DNA of 63,882 nt, the filler included, from Octopus bimaculoides (Eukaryota), in NCBI RefSeq assembly GCF_001194135.2. It is 5 parts of 4 records of this genome, joined end to end, with 100 filler letters (N's around TTAATTAATTAA, not from the genome) between each part and the next. Parts side by side here need not be neighbours in the genome. Positions count along the whole stretch, not along the records: positions 41,124 to 53,454 come from NC_068981.1; positions 53,555 to 62,775 come from NC_068981.1; 3 more parts are not named here. One strand, given 5' to 3'. A program made the translations under genes and the position numbers. Each line of letters begins with the position of its first letter. Positions within the stretch are counted from its first letter, which is position 1. The notes beneath the pieces were generated by a model that saw nothing but the letters and a program-made list of their open reading frames with translations, made no database searches and was not told the DNA's origin. Of the stretch, positions 47,452 through 59,530 are shown piece by piece.

Positions 47452-48187
47452 TCACGAGTGTCGCCCCCATTAGCGCCCCTACAACACACCTTATCCTTTT
47501 CTTCTGTTTTCTTTTTTCTTCTCTCTCTCTTCCTCCTTCTACTTCTGTTCAACCACATGCTGTCGGGCTATTGTTTGCTCTCTCCCCACCACCACTACCA
47601 CCACTTACTGATAGTTTTTTCCTATTTTTTTCTTTCTTTCTTTTACCTAACCTTCTATTTCCTCCATAAGGCACTACGGCGACGAGTAACTCCCCCTCCA
47701 CACCGCTATGAACGCCTGCACACTCATAAACGCACACGCGTACACACTCACACACTTTCATGCCACCACCGTTAACCACGTTACCACCATCACCACCACC
47801 ACCACCACCACTTCAACCAGCATACAACCTCTGCGTATATACGATCATTCGGCCTGCTAGAAGTTACAGCTAGTTTCCTTTCAATCCACACTGTTCNNNN
47901 NNNNNNAAAAAAAAAACAAAAACAAGGAAAAAAAAAGTACACATTAGCAAATGTACTTCGAGGCCACAGCTGGTCAAACAATGGAGAAAACGGGAGTTAA
48001 AGAATCCTGACCACAACAACATTAAACCAAGAACATTACAGCAACAACAACACGCTCAAAGGCCAAACGAGGATCTCTGAGTAGTCGCTCGATGTACTAG
48101 AAATAACTGTTAAACTCTCTCAACTAAATCCCTTACTGCTTTACTGCTTTACACACACACGTACACACACACACACACACACATAGT

Positions 48188-48384
48188 TTTTTTACTTGCT
48201 TCAGTCATTTCACTGCGGCCATACCGGAGCACCGTCTTAAAAGGGTTTTATTAGTCGAACAAATCGACCCCAGGACTTATTCTTTGTAAGCCTAGTCCTT
48301 ATTCTATCGGTCGCTTTTATCGAACCGCTAAGTTACGTGGACGTAAACACCGATATCGGTTGTCAAGCGATGGTAGTGGAGACA
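48188..48384 (-). mobile_element. SINE family A 3' half
   Basis: Family A 3' module on the minus strand, running into a gap. Confidence 0.85.
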
Positions 48385-49197
48385 NNNNNNNNNNNNNNNN
48401 NNNNNNNNNNNNNNNNNNNNNNNNNNNNNNNNNNNNNNNNNNNNNNNNNNNNNNNNNNNNNNNNNNNNNNNNNNNNNNNNNNNNNNNNNNNNNNNNNNNN
48501 NNNNNNNNNNNNNNNNNNNNNNNNNNNNNNNNNNNNNNNNNNNNNNNNNNNNNNNNNNNNNNNNNNNNNNNNNNNNNNNNNNNNNNNNNNNNNNNNNNNN
48601 NNNNNNNNNNNNNNNNNNNNNNNNNNNNNNNNNNNNNNNNNNNNNNNNNNNNNNNNNNNNNNNNNNNNNNNNNNNNNNNNNNNNNNNNNNNNNNNNNNNN
48701 NNNNNNNNNNNNNNNNNNNNNNNNNNNNNNNNNNNNNNNNNNNNNNNNNNNNNNNNNNNNNNNNNNNNNNNNNNNNNNNNNNNNNNNNNNNNNNNNNNNN
48801 NNNNNNNNNNNNNNNNNNNNNNNNNNNNNNNNNNNNNNNNNNNNNNNNNNNNNNNNNNNNNNNNNNNNNNNNNNNNNNNNNNNNNNNNNNNNNNNNNNNN
48901 NNNNNNNNNNNNNNNNNNNNNNNNNNNNNNNNNNNNNNNNNNNNNNNNNNNNNNNNNNNNNNNNNNNNNNNNNNNNNNNNNNNNNNNNNNNNNNNNNNNN
49001 NNNNNNNNNNNNNNNNNNNNNNNNNNNNNNNNNNNNNNNNNNNNNNNNNNNNNNNNNNNNNNNNNNNNNNNNNNNNNNNNNNNNNNNNNNNNNNNNNNNN
49101 NNNNNNNNNNNNNNNNNNNNNNNNNNNNNNNNNNNNNNNNNNNNNNNNNNNNNNNNNNNNNNNNNNNNNNNNNNNNNNNNNNNNNNNNNNNNNNNNA

Positions 49198-49440
49198 TAG
49201 TGTTAATTCAAAAAAACCCATTATGAGGTTCGCAAGGACTGGTGCAGCTTTAGTACCCATCGCGATACCACATTTTTGGCGAAAGTATGTGTCTGCAAAC
49301 AGGAAGTAATTGTTGGTCAGAATGAACTTAAGTGATTCTATGATGAAAGTTGTGTTGATGCGATTAGGAAATGTTTCTGGGTGTTTGTGCAGCCAGAATT
49401 TAATTGCCTCAATCGCATATTCATGAGGGATATTTGTATA
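49198..49440 (-). mobile_element. Penelope-like element reverse-transcriptase core fragment
   Basis: YTNIPHEYAIEAIKFWL...LKFILTNNYFLFADTYFRQKCGIAMGTKAAPVLANLIMGFFE contains the PLE RT motifs YTNIP, NNYF.F....Y.Q..G.AMG and P..AN..M...E. Confidence 0.88.
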
Positions 49441-51319
49441 TATATATATATATATATATATATGTAAAACAAATAATAAATGAGTATATGCATATATACG
49501 TACAAGTATGTGCATACCTACATCTACCTGTATATATAGGTGCATATCTGGGTACAGGACGTTGCAAACAAAACGTAGACAAAAAAAAATAATAACCAGA
49601 GTATGCCCCGGCAGGGCCGCAGCCCAATGATTGAAACGAGTAAAAGATAAAAGATATATGTATAATATATATGCATCGGGGATGCCTCTAACTGGTCGCT
49701 CGATGTACTAGAAATAACAGTTAAATTCTCTCTCAAAAGAAAAACTCCTTTACTGCCTTACACACACATAATTTGGCGTTTGTATATTTGCGTTATATGT
49801 GGTGCAAATCCTCGTGCTAGATAGCCGGGGTAGTCAAGGATGGATTGCTATCGATTATTGGGAGATGGATGTCAAAGGTTGACTCGGAGTTAAATAACAA
49901 CAATAAAAAACAACAAGAACAAACTAACAATCGTCGTCTGAGACACTCGTGCACCTTTCCCTCTCTTCCACTCCTACTGTCCCTCACGCTCTCCCTCCTT
50001 TCTTCTTTGCCGTCAGGGCACGCTTCTCCCTCTGTCTCTCTTTCCTACCTCCCCTTCACGGCACGCTTCTCTTTCTCCGCCTCTATCTCTCTATCTCTCT
50101 CTTCCTCTCTCTCTCTCTCGTTTNNNNNNNNNNNNNNNNNNNNNNNNNNNNNNNNNNNNNNNNNNNNNNNNNNNNNNNNNNNNNNNNNNNNNNNNNNNNN
50201 NNNNNNNNNNNNNNNNNNNNNNNNNNNNNNNNNNNNNNNNNNNNNNNNNNNNNNNNNNNNNNNNNNNNNNNNNNNNNNNNNNNNNNNNNNNNNNNNNNNN
50301 NNNNNNNNNNNNNNNNNNNNNNNNNNNNNNNNNNNNNNNNNNNNNNNNNNNNNNNNNNNNNNNNNNNNNNNNNNNNNNNNNNNNNNNNNNNNNNNNNNNN
50401 NNNNNNNNNNNNNNNNNNNNNNNNNNNNNNNNNNNNNNNNNNNNNNNNNNNNNNNNNNNNNNNNNNNNNNNNNNNNNNNNNNNNNNNNNNNNNNNNNNNN
50501 NNNNNNNNNNNNNNNNNNNNNNNNNNNNNNNNNNNNNNNNNNNNNNNNNNNNNNNNNNNNNNNNNNNNNNNNNNNNNNNNNNNNNNNNNNNNNNNNNNNN
50601 NNNNNNNNNNNNNNNNNNNNNNNNNNNNNNNNNNNNNNNNNNNNNNNNNNNNNNNNNNNNNNNNNNNNNNNNNNNNNNNNNNNNNNNNNNNNNNNNNNNN
50701 NNNNNNNNNNNNNNNNNNNNNNNNNNNNNNNNNNNNNNNNNNNNNNNNNNNNNNNNNNNNNNNNNNNNNNNNNNNNNNNNNNNNNNNNNNNNNNNNNNNN
50801 NNNNNNNNNNNNNNNNNNNNNNNNNNNNNNNNNNNNNNNNNNNNNNNNNNNNNNNNNNNNNNNNNNNNNNNNNNNNNNNNNNNNNNNNNNNNNNNNNNNN
50901 NNNNNNNNNNNNNNNNNNNNNNNNNNNNNNNNNNNNNNNNNNNNNNNNNNNNNNNACCACCACCACCACGAACCACCACCACCACCACCACTACTACTAC
51001 TACTACCACCATTACTTTAAGCAGGTATTTCCTCCTTAATTGGGTTTTAATTTTTCCTTATGCCCTCTAGCACTTCTTTTTCTCTCTTACTTTCCCTTTT
51101 CCAACTCTCCCCCCTCTCTTCCCCTCTCTTTCTATTTCCTTATCTTTGTTCATTTTTTCATCTCTTTATCGCGCTCACATTCTCTTATCCTTCCTTCCTT
51201 CCTTCCTTCCTTCCTTCCTTCCTCCTCCTCTCTCTCTCTCTCTTTTTTCTTTCTCTATCTCTTCTCTGTTTTTCTCCTTATATGTGTATGCATAACTCGA
51301 ACTGTGTGCCAATGTGTTA

Positions 51320-51535
51320 AGAAGTTTGCTTCCTAACCAATTGGTTCCGGGTATTGTCCAACTGCATGGCACCATTGGGCAAGTGTCTTCTACTATAACA
51401 TCGGGTCGGCCATAGCCTTGTGAATAGATTTGGTAGACGGATACTGAAAGAACCCGTCATTCGGGTGTGTGTGTGTGTGTGTAGCTGTCCTCCACCACCG
51501 CTTGACAACTGGTTCGACAAAAGGAACCCGATAGA
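51320..51535 (+). mobile_element. SINE family A, degenerate
   Basis: Head, core and start of the 3' module. Confidence 0.78.
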
Positions 51536-51556
51536 CCAGGCTTTAGAAACATTCAT

Positions 51557-51780
51557 ATTCTTTATTGCCCACAAGGGGCTAAGCATAGAGGAAACAAGCA
51601 AGGACAGACAAAGGGATTAAGTCGATTACATCGATCCCAGTGCGTAACTGGTACTTATTTAATCGACCCCGAATGGATGAAAGGCAAAGTCGACCTCGGC
51701 GGAATTTGAACTCAGAACGTAGCAGCAGACGAAATACCGCTAAGCATTTCGCCCGGCGTGCTAACGTTTCTGCCAGCAAC
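51557..51780 (-). mobile_element. SINE family B copy
   Basis: Near-consensus copy. Confidence 0.9.
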
Positions 51781-51819
51781 CGGCTTTAAAAACATTCGTT
51801 CAACTAAAGCCCTTTAAGG

Positions 51820-51871
51820 TGTTGTTGTTGTTGTTGTTGTTGTTTGTCTTCTTCTTCTTCTTCTTCTTCTT

Positions 51872-51902
<31 letters not shown>

Positions 51903-51930
51903 TTCTTCATCATCATCATCATCATCACCT
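51820..51930. repeat. Compound (GTT)n(CTT)n(CAT)n microsatellite
   Basis: Read directly. Confidence 0.97.
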
Positions 51931-51970
51931 GAGACACATGTCAGTGGATCTAAGAGCAAGCTGCTAGATA

Positions 51971-52385
51971 CTCTTTCTCTTTACTCTTTTACTTGTTTCG
52001 GTCATTTGACTGTGGCCATGCTGGAGCACCGCCTTTAGTCGAGCAAATCGACCCCAGGACTTATTCTTTGTAAGCCTAGTACTTATTCTATCGGTCTCTT
52101 TCGCCGAACCGCTAAGTTACAGGGACGTAAACACACCACCATCGGTTGTCAAGCGATGTTGGGGGGACAAACAGACACACAAACATATACATAAACATAC
52201 ATATATAGATATGCATATATACGACGGGCTTCTTTCAGTTTCCGCCTACCAAATTCACTCACAAGGCTTTGGTCGGCCTAAGGCTAAAAGTAGAAGACAC
52301 TTGCCCAAGGTGCCACGCAGTGGGACTGAACCCGGAACCATGTGGTTGGTAAGCAAGCTACTTACCACACAGCCACTCCCACGCC
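51971..52385 (-). mobile_element. Full-length SINE family A
   Basis: Near-consensus reverse complement of 5217-5652. Confidence 0.92.
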
Positions 52386-52399
52386 TATATATATATTTA

Positions 52400-52830
52400 T
52401 TGTTGGCACTCCGTCGCTTACGACGTCGAGGGTTCCAGTTGATCCGATCAACGGAACAGCCTGCTCGTGAAATTAACGTGCAAGTGGCTGAGCACTCCAC
52501 AGACACGTGTACCCGTAACGTAGTTCTCGGGGATATTCAGCGTGACACAGAAACANNNNNNNNNNNNNNNNNNNNNNNNNNNNNNNNNNNNNNNNNNNNN
52601 NNNNNNNNNNNNNNNNNNNNNNNNNNNNNNNNNNNNNNNNNNNNNNNNNNNNNNNNNNNNNNNNNNNNNNNNNNNNNNNNNNNNNNNNNNNNNNNNNNNN
52701 NNNNNNNNNNNNNNNNNNNNNNNNNNNNNNNNNNNNNNNNNNNNNNNNNNNNNNNNNNNNNNNNNNNNNNNNNNNNNNNNNNNNNNNNNNNNNNNNNNGC
52801 TGCGCTAACCACTAGGCCATTGCGCCTCCA
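52400..52830 (-). mobile_element. SINE family C (middle in gap)
   Basis: 3' part at 52400-52555 and tRNA head at 52799-52830. Confidence 0.88.
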
Positions 52831-52889
52831 CATATATTATATATACAGGTGTACATTCATGTATGTATGTATGTATGTATGTATGTATG

Positions 52890-52921
<32 letters not shown>

Positions 52922-53695
52922 ATTTCAACCTTAGTAATTATAGCTACTCCAGCAACAACAACTACAACATTAATAATGATGATGAATGATATCTCAGTCA
53001 TGAGCCGGACGAGTGAGGTGGGGGTGGGGAAGAAACAGGCAATCTTAAAGTAAAAGCCCCAAAATCTGGAAGTTAACAAGCCAGAAAGAATTTGAGTTCA
53101 CCTGAAAGCCTGGATGCCCTCTGTTCCAGACAGGTGAGCGATTCTCTGTTTCAGGTATTATGTTACTTTGTTAGTAAGTTAGTTAATGTGAGAAAGAGAG
53201 AGAGAGAGAGAGAGAGGGGAGAAAGAGGGGGGAGTGAGTGTAAGTAAATGTATAAGAAAGTATGTGCATGTGCCTACTTGAGTGCAGGATTATATATGCA
53301 TATCATTTATCTTTTACTTGAAGAATTTTTAGTCGAATGAATGTATTGGTCTCTTTTGTCGAACCGCTAAGTTACGGGGACGTAAATACACCAGCGCCGA
53401 TTGTCAAGCAGTGATGGAGGACAAACATAGACACAAAGACACACACACCCGTATNNNNNNNNNNNNNNNNNNNNNNNNNNNNNNNNNNNNNNNNNNNNTT
53501 AATTAATTAANNNNNNNNNNNNNNNNNNNNNNNNNNNNNNNNNNNNNNNNNNNNGTATATCCATATGTATATATCTGTATATGTATATACATATATATGT
53601 ATACATATGTATATACATATATATGTATACATATGTATATACATATATATGTATACATATGTATATACCTATATATGTATACACATATATATGAT

Positions 53696-54009
53696 GTGAC
53701 ACTCCGTCGGTAACGACAACGAGGGTTCCAGTAAGTGGCTGAGCACTCCACAGATCAGTGTCCCCTTAACGTAGTTCTCGGGGAGATTCAGCGTGACACA
53801 CAGTGCAGGTACAAATGCAGGTACAACAGAAATAGCAAGAAAGAGTGAGAGAAAGTTGTGGTGAAAGAGTTTGGCACTAACCCTTGTCGGAGCCTCGTAG
53901 ATCTGTAAGTGTTGCTCAATAAGCACTCACAACGCCTGGTCTGGGAATCGAAACCGCGATCCTACGACCGCGAGTCCGTTGCCCGAACCACTGGGCCATT
54001 GCGACTCCA
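53696..54009 (-). mobile_element. SINE family C, degenerate with deletions
   Basis: Recognisable head, body and tail. Confidence 0.82.
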
Positions 54010-54349
54010 CTATATATATAAGTTGTGTGTGTACGACTCCACTGTATATATGTGTGTATACGTGTATATATATATGCTTGTGTATATACATATGTGGTTT
54101 TTATACATATCTGGTTTTTATTATATTTTTAACAGTCAATTCGTCCACACCCATCTTTAATATATTCCTCTTACCCCGAACCATAGCCACTTTCTTCATA
54201 CCCCTAGGATACTTGGTATTATTAAATCATATGATTCATAGCTTTCCTTTCCGATTTTAACGCATACACATACAATATATATATGTGTGAGTACGTTCTT
54301 CATATGTTTTTGTGTGTATCTAAATATTTGTCCACAAACGTAACTAACT

Positions 54350-54407
54350 TATCTCACTTGTAAGTTGATTTTGCAGACGGAATCTGAAAGGAAGCCCATT
54401 GTACATA

Positions 54408-54493
<86 letters not shown>

Positions 54494-54620
54494 AGTCGGT
54501 GTGGATGTTTTTGTGTTTGCCTCCACCACTACATGACAGCCGATGTTGGTCTGCCTGAACAAGTCAGTTATTGGACTGCATGGCTGCAGTCTAATAAATG
54601 AAACAAGTAAAATGAAAGAT
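54350..54620 (+). mobile_element. SINE family A remnant around (TG)n
   Basis: Core end and degenerate 3' module. Confidence 0.7.
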
Positions 54621-54974
54621 GTATGTGGTACTCTCGCTGGTCCTTGTAGGCATGAATTTTCTTCTGCCTTTCATATCCATTGTGTTTTTAACACACCAAA
54701 CCCATAGCTAGTGTTAGCTCAGGATAAATCCTGCAGCAACAGGCCGATCGATCATGTGTGTATTTTAATTATTCCATAAAGATAGTTATTTCAAGTAAAT
54801 ACTATTTCTGTGGCGTATAGTAGATATGTGAGTGTGTGTTCGTGAGTAATCGTTTGTGAATGTATGTAAAAAACTATATATGCATATATTCATACCAATA
54901 TATATGTGTGTATGCATCTGATATATATGTTTGTATCTATATATGTGTATATATATGTATGTAGAAGATTGAAA

Positions 54975-55990
54975 AGAAACACGAGTTCACATATATAGGG
55001 GAAAAAAAGTCAAGGTAGAAAATGCTAAAATAATTTTATAAAAAACATTTCGGTACCGGTTTCAGTCATTCGGACGTTTTCAACTCTAAGAATGGAAAAC
55101 AATTAAATTTTGGAAAAATGAAATGAAAAGTTTTTTTAAAAGAATATTTGCATAGTATTCAAATACAAGGGGCATTTTCCTTGTTTCTGCCTGTCTCTGT
55201 CTTTCTTGCTTACTCTTGTGGGTTCAAAGCCGTTGTGAATTCTTGGCGAAGAAGAAGGAAGGGAGGGGAGGAGGAGGAGGAGGAGGAGGAGAAGAAGAAG
55301 AAGAATGCGGGAGTGCTATGATAGTAGTAGGATGTTAAGTGGCCAAGTGCCTTGAAAGTGACTTGTTGTGGATGGTTGTCGTGATTGAATTCTTGAGATA
55401 TCTCTTTTGAATGTATTGTTTATAATATTTGCGTAGGTGTTATTCTAAACAGCAGTAGTAGTAAAGTAAGGAAGGAGGTGGCGGAGATGAAGAAGAAGGA
55501 GAAGAGAAAGAATAATACAAGAATGTGGGATGGTATTATAGTAGTAGGATGTTAAATGGTCAAGTGACCTAAAAGTGGCTCGTTGTGGATTATAGCAGTG
55601 ATTGGGACTGTTTTTAATGAATTCTTGGGTATCTCTTTTGAATGTATCGTTTTTTTATATTTGCGTGTATGTTATTCTAAGGTCGTGGTGGATGTTATGT
55701 GTTGCAGATGCGTTCAAAAGGGGTCTGTATTTTGTGATAAAGTGAGACTCTTTACTAATTCGTTGGCTACAGGTTGCATCGTCCCTGAATTGATAGAGGG
55801 AAAAAATTCTGAAGCTTGGATTTTTGTTATTGACGCAAATATCGATGTGCTAGCTGAATGCTATTTTCTGGGTCTTTTGGATTTTTTATCTGGGATCTGT
55901 GCAGAGCCATCCTTTGACGAAGGAAAATAAGACAAGGTAGAAAATGCTCAAATAATTTTATCATTTTAGAACTCGAATTTCTGGGTGATT
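54975..55990 (-). mobile_element. Penelope-like element 3' region: GIY-YIG endonuclease C-terminal remnant plus duplicated 3' UTR/pseudo-LTR
   Basis: Minus frames RQRMALHRSQIKNP and HIDICVNNKNPSFRIFSLYQF...RISKESHFITKYRPLLN (55920-55655); 55320-55450 duplicated at 55540-55680; CAAGGTAGAAAATGCT..AATAATTTTAT at ~55011 and ~55933. Confidence 0.75.
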
Positions 55991-56554
55991 ACCCGTCTTC
56001 AGCGTGTGTTAACCACCAGCTCAGCTGATGATATATTGGTATATATAGGCAAATTATATATAGTTGTATGAGTATATACATGTAGATGTGTGTGTGAGTG
56101 TGTAAAAGCTTACATATACACATGTGAGTGTGTGTATAATTTTCGCATCAATAAACATTGTCTACGATCACTATCAATAAACAATCTCACTAGAAATCTT
56201 AATAAAATTTGAGAACAAGATGACGAACAAGATTTATTTTTAGAAACAAAGTTTTATTTTCAATATGTTTCCAAACGATTAAACCATAGTAAAGATTTTA
56301 AATAACCGCTGTGTTCACTCTTGTGTGAGAAACACTTCGTAATTTTCAAAGAACTCCATTGATAGTTGTCCCTTAACACTTCATTATCGTTTTATGAACT
56401 TTAATATATCCAGTAGTTTTTCCCTCTCTCTTTTTCTTTCGTAGTCAAACCGTAAATTAGGCTTAAACAATCTAGCGTTGTTGATAATTTATTGTTTTAC
56501 TTATATCCCTTCTAATATAGGTACCAGGCGTAAAAATTCCGTACGAAAGGACTT

Positions 56555-56705
56555 AAATGATTATATCGATCTCAGTTTTTAATTGTTAATTATTTCAGCG
56601 ATTCTGAAAGGATAAAAAGCAAAGTTAACCTCGGTGTCATTTGAGCTCAGAAAAGTAAAGAAGGGCGAAATGTCCGGGAAGCTAACGATTATGTTAGCTA
56701 GCCAG
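56555..56705 (-). mobile_element. Degenerate SINE family B
   Basis: Diverged family B body. Confidence 0.6.
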
Positions 56706-56864
56706 CTTGAGGTTTAACGATCTAAACATAATCTGTAAAATTTCAGTAGGGTACTAACAAGACTTCAACCACACACTTATTGCTTAACAATTAGCTGCAT
56801 TACCAATTGTACTACAGAGTCCCAACTTATTGTTTTACTTATATTATTATTATCAATCCTGTAG

Positions 56865-56975
56865 GGCGATGAGATGGCAAAATGGTTGGCGCACCGCACA
56901 TGACGCTTAGCGGTATTTCTTCCCGCTTTTTACGCACTGAGTTCAAATTTCGCCGAAGCCTACTTTGCCTTTCTT
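56865..56975 (+). mobile_element. Degenerate SINE family B 5' part
   Basis: tRNA head and GAGTTCAAATTT box B. Confidence 0.65.
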
Positions 56976-57114
56976 CAAGCACTTTCCACAAAACTTCACG
57001 CTTTGTACCTTTCGGTCATACATTCTAAACGCATTCAAGGGTTTCATAGTTACCTTTATTGAACCTAGTGTGTGTGGTGTGTGCATACATACACACATAC
57101 ACTTTTATTCTTTT

Positions 57115-57310
57115 GTTTTAATTATGTGACTGCAGCAATGCTGGAGCCTTTAGTCGAACAAAGTGACCGACCCCAGGACTTATTTTTTGTAAGCCTAGTA
57201 CTTATTCTATCGGTCTCTTTTGCCGAACTGCTAAGTTCCGGGAACATAAACACACCAGCAGTGGTTGTCATGCGACGGTTGGGGAGGCAAATACAGACAC
57301 ATACACACAA

Positions 57311-57312
<2 letters not shown>
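57115..57312 (-). mobile_element. SINE family A 3' half
   Basis: Family A 3' module on the minus strand. Confidence 0.82.
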
Positions 57313-57375
<63 letters not shown>

Positions 57376-57658
57376 TTCGCTCATGATCCCATACCTGTAT
57401 CGTTCATTTATCGTTGTTCTGCTTGGTTTTCTCCAGAATACCATGATTCTGATGAGGATAGCATTAATTCTTTTAAGTTGGTTTAATTTTTCCCAACCGA
57501 TTAATAGATCGATTAAGTAAAACGATCAGTGAACACACCTATAATGACTACCGGAAACAGCTGTAAGTCAAATTTACTACAATAAAGAAACATGTTATGA
57601 TGATATATATTATTCACAGTTTCGGGAAACGTTCTAATGCCTGTTTGTTTCATTACAG

Positions 57659-57709
57659 AATAACTTGCTTAACTCATCACTGAATCTGTTTAACGACATT
57701 TCTTTAAAG
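57659..57709 (+). other. Candidate 51-nt internal exon on the plus strand (phase 0-0)
   Basis: Branch TTCTAAT, tract GCCTGTTTGTTTCATTACAG|, donor AAG|GTAAGT; only phase 0 is open (NNLLNSSLNLFNDISLK). Confidence 0.35.
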
Positions 57710-58844
57710 GTAAGTGAATGGTTTAATATTACGCAGGCACATTTTCACGACAGAAATTTATGTGTGTATGTATGCATGTGTGTATTATGTTTGTATGTAT
57801 GGCATTGAGTTTATTTCNNNNNNNNNNNNNNNNNNNNNNNNNNNNNNNNNNNNNNNNNNNNNNNNNNNNNNNNNNNNNNNNNNNNNNNNNNNNNNNNNNN
57901 NNNNNNNNNNNNNNNNNNNNNNNNNNNNNAGATTTAAGGCTCCTTCATTAATATTTCAACATCAACAACTGGGTATGTTTGTATGTATGTGTGTATGTAT
58001 GTTTGTATATGTGCAGATGTATTTATGTATGTTTGTATGTATGCTTGTATGTATGTATGCGCAGGGACGTGAAAATATCTGGGTTTGAGTGTATGAGAGA
58101 AAAGCACACGCCATGAAAGTGACAATGGCGGAGAAATATACGAAGACCAATGTACCCATCATGTATGTATGCATATGCATATGTGTGTGTGTTCGTTTGC
58201 GTGTGTGTGTGTTTGTGTGTGTATTTGTCTGTGTTTGTCTATCACACTTTCAATGAATCTAAGCACGTATACATACATACATGCACACTTATATATATAC
58301 ATGCAAATGTACATATCTACGTATCTATATCACTCTCTCTATTCCCCCTCTCTCTCTCTCTCTCTCTCTCTCTNNNNNNNNNNTCTCTCTCTCTCTCTCT
58401 CTCTCTCTCACGCACTCATACACACTCAAACACAAACACGCATACATATATAAACACACTTTTTGTATAGATCCTTCCATCGTTTGCTCGATCGATCGAC
58501 AGATTAAGTTAAAGTAAAATGCAAGCTGTTTATGCTGCTTTCTTCTGCTCTCGCATCGTATCGTCTTTTAAACTTCAGAAAATGCTTTACCATGCATAAA
58601 TACATACATACATGTACTGCTATTTTTATCCCGACCAGGCAGTCCACTAATGCAACACTGCCCAGTGCTTCCCCCTTTTGGAGCAATGGTGCTGTTGCTG
58701 TTATGCCCATCCAAGCCAATCGGTCCAATAGCCGAACGCAGTCACTGTTAGTGACTGCTTTCTAGTTAAATCTCCGGCTTTGAAGCTACCCAGGGTACTC
58801 TCACTTCGGTATTTCTAATTGAGAAAGGCTAATGAGCTCGAAAT

Positions 58845-59068
58845 ATTTATTTCTCTATTGCCCACAGAGGGTGCAAACAAGGACAGACGAATGGATTAAG
58901 TCGATTACGTCGACCCCAGTGCCTAATTAGTACTTATTTAATCGACCCCGAAAGGATGAAAGGCAAAGTCGACCTCGGCAGAATTTGAACTCAGAACGTA
59001 ATGACAGACGAAATACCGTTAGGAATTTTGCCCGGCGTGTTAACGACTCTGCCAGCTCGCCGCCTTAA
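58845..59068 (-). mobile_element. SINE family B copy
   Basis: Full head GGCGGCGAGCTGGCAGA and family B body. Confidence 0.88.
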
Positions 59069-59255
59069 ATGAACTAGAAATATTGCGTTTGGGAATCCGA
59101 TGGGGACAAGCACTGAGCAGATGTCGTGTTTTTTAACACATTTACCNNNNNNNNNNNNNNNNNNNNNNNNNNNNNNNNNNNNNNNNNNNNNNNNNNNNNN
59201 NNNNNNNNNNNNNNNNNNNNNNNNNNNNNNNNNNNNNNNNNNNNNNATATATATA

Positions 59256-59530
59256 CTAGCTGGGCCCCGTGCCGTCCAAAATAACGGCTAATTGTAGTAT
59301 AAGGGACAAAACCAAGATTTTAGTTTAATAATTCTTTTATTACTAAATTTTTCGTGAAAAATCTATCCGCAACTAACGTCCTTTGACTGCTAGTTTCCTT
59401 CAAAAGAATTTTCAAGTTTCCATTCTTCCTTGTCCGACTTAAGGCCACATAAAGCTGGCCGTGACTCAATACGGGAGCTGGCAAGTAAATACCAAATACA
59501 CAGAGTTGAAACGCTGTTTGATTTTTCTTT
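59256..59530 (-). mobile_element. Helitron 3' end: RepHel PIF1-like helicase C-terminus, hairpin and CTAG|T terminus
   Basis: GIYLPAPVLSHGQLYVALSRTRKNGNLKILL...TKNLVIKELLN* matches the helicase motif G..L..PVFSHGQLYVALSR; GCCGT-TATTTTGG-ACGGC hairpin; CTAG at 59259-59256 followed by T. Confidence 0.9.

Noticed and set aside
55965-56005. CTGAAGA-CGGGTAATCACCCA-GAAA-TTCGAGT hammerhead-like motif on the minus strand
   Set aside because: The core and helix II are present, but helix I cannot pair; at best a decayed Penelope ribozyme.
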